From assembly GCA_964605105.1 (NCBI GenBank), contig CAZSBV010000005.1, positions 1 to 21,762 on the forward strand: a DNA stretch of 21,762 bases. The letters are read 5' to 3'. Below the pieces are notes generated by a model. It was not told where the DNA came from. It worked only from the letters and a program-made list of their open reading frames with translations, and did no database searches. The stretch's first letter is position 1. Each line of letters opens with the position of its first letter. Below are positions 7,410 through 12,322 of the stretch, one piece after another. This DNA comes from an uncultured Lachnospiraceae bacterium (GTDB taxonomy: Bacteria > Bacillota > Clostridia > Lachnospirales > Lachnospiraceae). The translations under genes and the position numbers were made by a program.

Positions 7410-7619
7410 TTAACCAATCAGATATTCCAACGTCACACCGAAGTAATCAGCAATCTTAATAAGCTTATCTGTCTTTGGCATTGACTTTCCCGATTTCCAA
7501 TCGCTAAATACTGCTGATGAAAAACCTACTTCTTTAGCAAGTGCGTAAAAAGTAATTCCTCTCTTATTCACTAATTTTTCTAATTTGTGAAAACTGTTAA
7601 TTCTGTTTTCCTTGCTCAA
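7410..7619 (-). CDS. Cro-like XRE-family HTH regulator (69 aa), first gene of the early operon
   Basis: GITFYALAKEVGFSSAVFSDWKSGKSMPKTDKLIKIADYFGVTLEYLIG is a canonical HTH_XRE. TTG start with SD AGGAG 7 nt upstream. Divergent from the immunity-side promoters. Confidence 0.8.
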   Translation of the reverse strand: MSKENRINSFHKLEKLVNKRGITFYALAKEVGFSSAVFSDWKSGKSMPKTDKLIKIADYFGVTLEYLIG

Positions 7620-7637
7620 ATTCCTACTCCTTTCTAC

Positions 7638-7666
7638 TTGATATTAGTTAGGATATTCTGTATAAT
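7638..7666 (+). promoter_or_regulatory. Promoter P1 (TTGATA-17-TATAAT)
   Basis: -35 at 7638-7643, exactly 17-nt spacer, consensus -10 at 7661-7666. Confidence 0.6.
7646..7659 (+). promoter_or_regulatory. Operator-like 14-mer AGTTAGGATATTCT, copy 1 (inside the P1 spacer)
   Basis: Exact reverse complement recurs at 8058-8071. Partial copies at 8196-8203 (GTTAGGAT) and 8729-8738 (AATATCCTAA). Confidence 0.5.
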
Positions 7667-7688
7667 ACTATTTAGCCTTTCATGGCAA
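7659..7688 (-). promoter_or_regulatory. Candidate early promoter (PR-like) for the cro-like gene, sharing its -10 region with P1
   Basis: On the minus strand: -35 TTGCCA (7683-7688) and -10 candidates TATTAT (7662-7667) or TATACA (7659-7664). Hexamer quality and spacing (15-18 nt) are imperfect. Confidence 0.35.
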
Positions 7689-7715
7689 ATTTTGATTGCA
7701 AGGAGGTATTTTACC

Positions 7716-7799
7716 TTGAAAGCGGTTTTGAATTTGCCTGTTCCTTTAATTAGAGGTCGCAAACGTAGTACCAAAAAACTTCAAACTGGTCAAATGTAA
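7716..7799 (+). CDS. Possible 27-aa basic peptide ORF on the P1 transcript
   Basis: SD AAGGAGG 9 nt before a TTG. Translates to (M)KAVLNLPVPLIRGRKRSTKKLQTGQM. Very short and has a non-ATG start. Confidence 0.3.
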   Translation: MKAVLNLPVPLIRGRKRSTKKLQTGQM

Positions 7800-8018
7800 T
7801 AATTGATACAGCGTTAATTACTCAGAGAAGAGTTTAAAACTCATGCGTTGGCATCGTTCGTCTTGCCCACTGTATTGTTTATTCCTCTATTTCCTCCAAC
7901 AAAAGGCATCGCACGCTGAACTAAAACTGCATAAGTGGTGGAGTACTTAAAGAAACATTTGGTTCCGTCAACTGTGACGAAAGTCTGCAAAGTACATAAG
8001 GTTAAAAAATTTAGCATC

Positions 8019-8053
8019 AAACTGTCAAGAACGGAACTCTTGGCAGTTTTTTG
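8019..8053 (+). terminator. Rho-independent terminator ending the P1 transcript
   Basis: Stem CTGTCAAGA/TCTTGGCAG (8022-8030 / 8038-8046; 9 bp including one G-U), 7-nt loop, then TTTTTT at 8047-8052, with an A-tract upstream. Confidence 0.65.
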
Positions 8054-8057
8054 TTTA

Positions 8058-8071
8058 AGAATATCCTAACT
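8058..8071 (-). promoter_or_regulatory. Operator-like 14-mer, copy 2 (inverted), just upstream of the P2 -35
   Basis: AGAATATCCTAACT is the exact reverse complement of 7646-7659. Confidence 0.5.
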
Positions 8072-8076
8072 GACTA

Positions 8077-8105
8077 TTGAAAATAGTTTGGAAATCCGTT
8101 ATAAT
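8077..8105 (+). promoter_or_regulatory. Promoter P2 (TTGAAA-17-TATAAT) for the XRE + 150-aa cassette
   Basis: -35 at 8077-8082, 17-nt spacer, consensus -10 at 8100-8105. Confidence 0.6.
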
Positions 8106-8217
8106 ATGAATTGACGAGAAACATAATATTTTAGTTTGAATTTCCCAACCACAATTTTATTTTAATACTGTTTTTCAAATATGTCAATACTTTTTGTTAG
8201 GATTTTCAAACTATTTT
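8080..8217. promoter_or_regulatory. 18-bp inverted repeat pair AAAATAGTTTGGAAATCC (8080-8097) / GGATTTTCAAACTATTTT (8200-8217)
   Basis: 17/18 complementary. The first arm lies in the P2 spacer. The second abuts the SD of 8229..8534. Confidence 0.5.
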
Positions 8218-8228
8218 AGGAGGTCTTT

Positions 8229-8534
8229 ATGTACGAGAGGTATTGTGAACTTAGGGATAAAAAAGGATATAAAGATTCTGATATTTCTAGACTTGCAGAT
8301 ATTACAAAATCAACTTTTACTGATTGGAAAAACGGCAAAAGCAAACCAAATGCTGAAAAGCTTATTAAAATCGCTAAATGCCTTGATACTACTGTTGAAT
8401 ATATTGTTACGGGGGAAAAACCTGAAATACCAAATATTGAAACAGAATATTTTGAATTGATGGAATTATATGAAAAATTAAAAGAAGAACAAAAAGTTGC
8501 CGTAATTAATTTATTGCGTTCATTTACTACTTGA
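8229..8534 (+). CDS. XRE-family HTH regulator (101 aa), paralogous to the Cro-like protein
   Basis: ISRLADITKSTFTDWKNGKSKPNAEKLIKIAKCLDTTVEYIV shares the S.F.DWK.GKS.P...KLIKIA motif with 7410..7619. SD AGGAGG upstream. Confidence 0.8.
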   Translation: MYERYCELRDKKGYKDSDISRLADITKSTFTDWKNGKSKPNAEKLIKIAKCLDTTVEYIVTGEKPEIPNIETEYFELMELYEKLKEEQKVAVINLLRSFTT

Positions 8535-8544
8535 GGAGAGCATA

Positions 8545-8997
8545 ATGGGATTATTTAAAAAGAAAATAAAAATGCCATCTGATATAGACAGAATCGAAAT
8601 AGAATATCAATTACAAAGGTTAAATTCTTATAATAACGGAGCTACAAAGGTAAATGATGTGGATCTTTTTATAAATGATGTTACATCAATAAAAGAAATT
8701 GTTGAAAACTTAATAAAATATGAGATTAAATATCCTAATTATTTCAATCCTAAACCATCTGAAATATTAAAAAATTTTAAAACAAATAATAAATTGATAT
8801 TAGAAAAAAACTTTATTGATAGATATATAATATCAATAGAACGAAAATTATTAGATTATTCTACCATGAGAGGAAAAACAAATAATTTTAACAAAAAAGT
8901 AGATTTGTTCAGGTATTATGCTGGAGAATTTGAACCGGAAAATGTCAATTACTTTGAAAGATGTTTGATTGAAAGATTCCCAGAATACTTACAATAA
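8545..8997 (+). CDS. Hypothetical protein (150 aa), very AT-rich, no recognisable domain
   Basis: SD GAGGAG 6 nt before the ATG and 10 nt after the XRE stop. Sampled 60-nt lines are about 25% GC versus about 38-48% in flanking phage genes. Confidence 0.6.
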   Translation: MGLFKKKIKMPSDIDRIEIEYQLQRLNSYNNGATKVNDVDLFINDVTSIKEIVENLIKYEIKYPNYFNPKPSEILKNFKTNNKLILEKNFIDRYIISIERKLLDYSTMRGKTNNFNKKVDLFRYYAGEFEPENVNYFERCLIERFPEYLQ

Positions 8998-9008
8998 AAG
9001 GACAAAAG

Positions 9009-9033
9009 ACAGCAGTTTTTAATTTACTGCGTT
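9009..9033. terminator. Weak imperfect hairpin between convergent genes (possible bidirectional terminator)
   Basis: GCAGT/ACTGC core (9012-9016 / 9026-9030) with T-rich flanks on both strands. Short stem. Confidence 0.25.
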
Positions 9034-9049
9034 CCTTTGCCCTTTAATA

Positions 9050-9160
9050 TTAACAGTATCTTTCAATAAACAGTTTGAGAAATTTATTTATGTAAGCTAA
9101 AGCTTTATGATTATCTTTAATTTTCTCTAACTGTAAAATAATTTCATCGTAATTACTCAT
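9050..9160 (-). CDS. Unannotated 36-aa ORF (candidate SOS-controlled small regulator)
   Basis: Translates to MSNYDEIILQLEKIKDNHKALAYINKFLKLFIERYC. SD GGGAGG 8 nt before the ATG. Perfect -10 hexamers and a GAAC-N4-GTTC box lie upstream. Confidence 0.45.
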   Translation of the reverse strand: MSNYDEIILQLEKIKDNHKALAYINKFLKLFIERYC

Positions 9161-9191
9161 ATTATGTACCTCCCAAATTGCAAAAACACTG

Positions 9192-9298
9192 GTTGTGAAA
9201 TTCCTTGATTATACAATACAATTATATGAGGAACATTTCAAGAACAAACGTTCTGTTTCTTACTATTTGTTTTATGTTAATTGAAGGAATTTTGCAAC
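9192..9298. promoter_or_regulatory. 15-nt inverted repeat GTTGTGAAATTCCTT (9192-9206) / reverse complement of GTTGCAAAATTCCTT (9284-9298), bracketing the LexA-box promoter
   Basis: 13/15 identity between arms. A weaker third AATTCCTT copy lies at 9373-9380. Confidence 0.4.
9208..9254 (-). promoter_or_regulatory. Promoter with a Cheo/LexA-type box: AGAACAAACGTTCT (9241-9254) over the -35 position; TATAAT at 9221-9226 and TGTATAAT at 9208-9215 (minus strand)
   Basis: The GAAC-N4-GTTC palindrome matches the core of the Firmicutes LexA operator CGAAC-N4-GTTCG. It lies 14 nt upstream of a consensus -10. Confidence 0.5.
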
Positions 9299-9490
9299 TG
9301 CTTTTTAATATTTAATTTTATATATTTTTCAACAGTTTAATTATTCGATATTGGTAACTCATAACTTTTCACAATTCCTTCCCCAATTTAAAAATATAAA
9401 GTACTTCATCTTAAAAAAATACATATTTTAGTATATTAAACCCAATTTGTAAAAGCGTAATATATTTTCACCCTAAAATTCCCCTTTAAA

Positions 9491-9520
9491 TTGACGTTAT
9501 ACTACAAAGTATGTTAGAAT
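9491..9520 (+). promoter_or_regulatory. Promoter P3 (TTGACG-18-TGtTAGAAT) for the CI-like operon
   Basis: -35 at 9491-9496 and extended -10 TG-t-TAGAAT at 9512-9520. An 8-bp 5-prime hairpin CTATAGGG/CCCTATAG at 9529-9566 follows. Confidence 0.5.
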
Positions 9521-9630
9521 TTCCTTAACTATAGGGAGTCCGACCACGAATCAAAACCCCCTATAGAAGATTGAAGTTGTCTCTCTCTTAAGACTTCTTC
9601 ATTTTATACGAAAATTAGAATGGAGGAAAT

Positions 9631-10422
9631 ATGGCAAAAAACAAAAATGAAGAAAACATTTATTTAAAATTAGTTTCAAACACCGAAAATTATATGGAAA
9701 GTATGCGCTGCAATATTGGCTTGCTCAGGACTCATTATGGTTGGTCTGTCAGGGTATTGGCAGAAAAGGCTAATATATCCGAAGATACGCTCCAAACTTT
9801 CCTTAAAGGGAAATCTAAGGATTGCAATTTATTTACCGCTATAAGGCTTGCCAAAGCTTTAAACGTAAGCGTTGACGAGCTTGTCGGTGCTGAAACAATC
9901 GAAAAAGAAACCAGGGAATGCTTAGCAATGTCCCGGAATATGCCGGACTATGTGCGCTACCTAAACAGAGTATTTGTGAAACATCAGTACAAAATCCATA
10001 GCCAGTTTGACAATGAAAGCAAGAACATACCGGTTCTCTTGCCGGAATGCGTAAACGGGTACTTGAAAACAACTAACATTACATCGACAGTATGTGTAGA
10101 CCAACTGACAGATAGTGCAAAATCAAAAGTGTGCTTAGGGTTGCAAATCCCTTGCGATCACTACGAGCCTTTCTATATGCCGAACGATATTGTTCTATTA
10201 TCTGCTGACAGAAGTGCAGTTAACAACGAACGCTGTGTTGTCTGCCACAAGGGGAATTACTTCTTCGCAATTAAAAAGATATATATAGAGGGTTCTGAAA
10301 AGAAAGTTAAATACATTTCTATGATTGGGGGGAATACCGTTGTTTTCCCGAATGAAATAGATGATAAGCTGGGTTATGTTGTTGGATTCTTAAATCCGGA
10401 CGGTTCTTGGGGAATTAGATAA
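9631..10422 (+). CDS. CI/LexA-like repressor: XRE HTH + S24-like C-terminal domain with apparently degenerate active site
   Basis: HTH at WSVRVLAEKANISEDTLQTFLKGKSKDCNLFTAIRLAKALNVSVDELVG. The C-terminal region aligns by eye to the S24 fold (IPCDHYEPFYMPNDIVLL / FFAIKKIY / LGYVVGFL). Confidence 0.7.
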   Translation: MAKNKNEENIYLKLVSNTENYMESMRCNIGLLRTHYGWSVRVLAEKANISEDTLQTFLKGKSKDCNLFTAIRLAKALNVSVDELVGAETIEKETRECLAMSRNMPDYVRYLNRVFVKHQYKIHSQFDNESKNIPVLLPECVNGYLKTTNITSTVCVDQLTDSAKSKVCLGLQIPCDHYEPFYMPNDIVLLSADRSAVNNERCVVCHKGNYFFAIKKIYIEGSEKKVKYISMIGGNTVVFPNEIDDKLGYVVGFLNPDGSWGIR

Positions 10423-10439
10423 AGTAAAAGGAGGAAAAT

Positions 10440-10748
10440 ATGGCAATTAAAAATTGTCCGAAATGCGGAAGTAATAATATTTCATACCAAAGAGAACAAA
10501 CAGCAAATGTTGGTGCTGGAACAAACAAGGTGGTAATAAAAGAACCCAAAAGTCATGGTTGTTTCTGGTGGTTAATGATAGGTTGGTGGTGGAAGCCAAT
10601 ATACTGGATATGCATAGGTTGGTGGTGGAAACTATTTTTTGGAAGAAGAAAAAGTGGTTTAAATTTTAATGCTAGTAAATCCATCAATCATACTGTTGCA
10701 ATATGTCAGAATTGTGGTTATACTTGGAAAAATAAATTAAAGAAATAA
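10440..10748 (+). CDS. Split zinc-ribbon protein with a Trp-rich membrane hairpin (102 aa)
   Basis: CPKCG...CQNCG flank GCFWWLMIGWWWKPIYWICIGWWWKLFFG, which contains the internal repeat IGWWWK. SD AAAGGAGG upstream. Starts 17 nt after the CI-like stop. Confidence 0.65.
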   Translation: MAIKNCPKCGSNNISYQREQTANVGAGTNKVVIKEPKSHGCFWWLMIGWWWKPIYWICIGWWWKLFFGRRKSGLNFNASKSINHTVAICQNCGYTWKNKLKK

Positions 10749-10800
10749 AAATCGCCCCAGCGCTGAAAACACTGGAGCGACCCAAAATTACCCGAAAGTA

Positions 10801-10848
10801 CCAATGGATGATACATTTCACCGACAAATGAATTATATCATCCATTGG
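10801..10848. repeat. 48-bp element with perfect 13-bp terminal inverted repeats CCAATGGATGATA ... TATCATCCATTGG
   Basis: Arms at 10801-10813 and 10836-10848 with a 22-bp core, 27 nt upstream of the integrase start. Candidate attP or int operator. Confidence 0.5.
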
Positions 10849-10874
10849 AATAAAAATCAAGAAAGGATGATATT

Positions 10875-12314
10875 ATGCCAAAGAAAAAAAATGAGACAAT
10901 TAACTCAAGTGAAAGCACATCAAAGAAAATTGAGTCTGTAGCCGCCTATATCCGTGTAAGTACAACCGAACAAAAATTGCATGGTATTTCCCTAGATGCT
11001 CAGCGAATGAAACTGAAAGAATATGCAGAATCCCACAATATGAAAATTGTTGATTGGTATGAGGACGAAGGTGTTTCTGGAAGAAAACTGATAAGAAAAC
11101 GTCCGGAACTGCAAAGAATGATACAAGATGCGGAACAAAAGAAATTTGAAAAAATTATTTTCATTAAACTTGACCGCTTTTTCCGTTCTGTAGCTGAATA
11201 CCACGAATGTATGAAAAGAATATCCCCAGTGCTTTGGGAAGCTACTGAGGAAGAATATAACTTAACTACTGCTAACGGTAGAATGTTGGTAAATATGAAG
11301 CTGACTATTGCAGAATTAGAAGCAGATCAGACCGGAGAACGTATCAGGATAGTAAATGAATATAAAACTTCAAACGGGCAGCCATTAACCGGAACTATGC
11401 CATTCGGTTTTAAAATTGCAATTGATGATAAAACAGGCAGAAAGAAAATTATAAAGAATCCAGAACAGCAAGAAGCTTTAGAAGATTTATTAGAATACAT
11501 ATTTGCCTACAACAGTAAAAGAAAAGCACTTATGTATTTAAAAACAAAATATAATGTTGTAATGCCTTATAAATCTCTTACAACTTTATTAAGGAACACT
11601 ATGCTGTGTGGAGAATATAGAGGAAATAAAAAATACTGTGAAGCATATTTAAGCCGTGAAGAATTTGATAAATTACAGGAAATAGCAAATAAAAATAATA
11701 TAAAATGCAATACCGAAAAAAAAGAATATGTTTTTAGCGGCTTAATCAAATGCCCTGTGTGCGGCTGCAAACTTTCCGGCAATACAACTAAATGCAGAAT
11801 ACCAAGTGGCAGGGAATATTGGTATAAAAAATACAGATGCCTAAACTATTTTAACAACAATACATGCGAATTTAATAAATGTGTCAGTGAAAATGCTTTG
11901 GAGAGAGAATTGCTAAATATCTTTGAAGATTATGTTGAAAGCGTTAAATCAAATTTAAATGATGTTGAAAATTCTGATTTTGCAAATATTCCACAATACA
12001 ATGAGGAAGAAATAAATGAACAGATCGACAGGCTGAATTATTCATGGCAGACTGGTAAAATCAGAAAAGTTGAGCAATACGAAAGTCAATATGAAGAATT
12101 AATTAAAAAATTAGAATTGGCAAGAGAAGAAAAGAAAAAAGTTGTAATTCCGGACTTTTCAAAAGCAGAAAGTATTTTTAAAACAGGATGGAAAGATATT
12201 TATGCGCAGCTCGGCGAAGAAAATAAAAGGGCATTTTGGCGGTCCCTTATTTCTTCAATAGAAATTAATTGGACTACTGAAATAAAAGAGATAAAAAAGA
12301 TTAATTTTTTTTAG
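10875..12314 (+). CDS. int: Large serine recombinase (phage integrase)
   Basis: N-terminal resolvase domain AAYIRVSTTEQ...DEGVSG...RPELQRMI...KLDRFFRS, a recombinase domain, a Cys-rich zinc ribbon CPVCGCKLSG...YRCLNY...CEF, and a coiled-coil tail. Confidence 0.9.
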   Translation: MPKKKNETINSSESTSKKIESVAAYIRVSTTEQKLHGISLDAQRMKLKEYAESHNMKIVDWYEDEGVSGRKLIRKRPELQRMIQDAEQKKFEKIIFIKLDRFFRSVAEYHECMKRISPVLWEATEEEYNLTTANGRMLVNMKLTIAELEADQTGERIRIVNEYKTSNGQPLTGTMPFGFKIAIDDKTGRKKIIKNPEQQEALEDLLEYIFAYNSKRKALMYLKTKYNVVMPYKSLTTLLRNTMLCGEYRGNKKYCEAYLSREEFDKLQEIANKNNIKCNTEKKEYVFSGLIKCPVCGCKLSGNTTKCRIPSGREYWYKKYRCLNYFNNNTCEFNKCVSENALERELLNIFEDYVESVKSNLNDVENSDFANIPQYNEEEINEQIDRLNYSWQTGKIRKVEQYESQYEELIKKLELAREEKKKVVIPDFSKAESIFKTGWKDIYAQLGEENKRAFWRSLISSIEINWTTEIKEIKKINFF

Positions 12315-12322
12315 TTTAATTA

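Noticed and set aside
7587-7799. 70-aa plus-strand ORF from the ORF track
   Set aside because: Its start lies inside the cro-like gene and upstream of promoter P1, so most of it would not be transcribed from P1. Only the last 27 codons (7716-7799) follow an SD.
7841-8017. 58-aa minus-strand ORF (MLNFLTLCTLQTFVTVDGTKCFFKYSTTYAVLVQRAMPFVGGNRGINNTVGKTNDANA) inside the orphan transcript region
   Set aside because: There is no SD or promoter upstream, and its start lies just downstream (minus-strand sense) of the plus-strand terminator hairpin, 5 nt from the stem. It may be a decayed gene remnant; this possibility is kept in the finding for 7673-8053.
8194-8460. 88-aa plus-strand ORF overlapping the XRE gene out of frame
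   Set aside because: The 8229 frame has the SD AGGAGG and a clear HTH_XRE sequence. This frame has neither.
9226-9315. 29-aa hydrophobic plus-strand ORF (MRNISRTNVLFLTICFMLIEGILQLLFNI), considered as a type I toxin
   Set aside because: There is no SD and no convincing plus-strand promoter. It overlaps the LexA-box promoter, which explains the sequence better. Hydrophobic reading frames arise easily in T-rich DNA.
10750-10778. Imperfect hairpin TCGCCCCAG...CTGGAGCGA after the zinc-ribbon gene, considered as a terminator isolating int
   Set aside because: The stem has a mismatch and the downstream sequence CCCAAAATTACC is not U-rich. It is insufficient to call a terminator.
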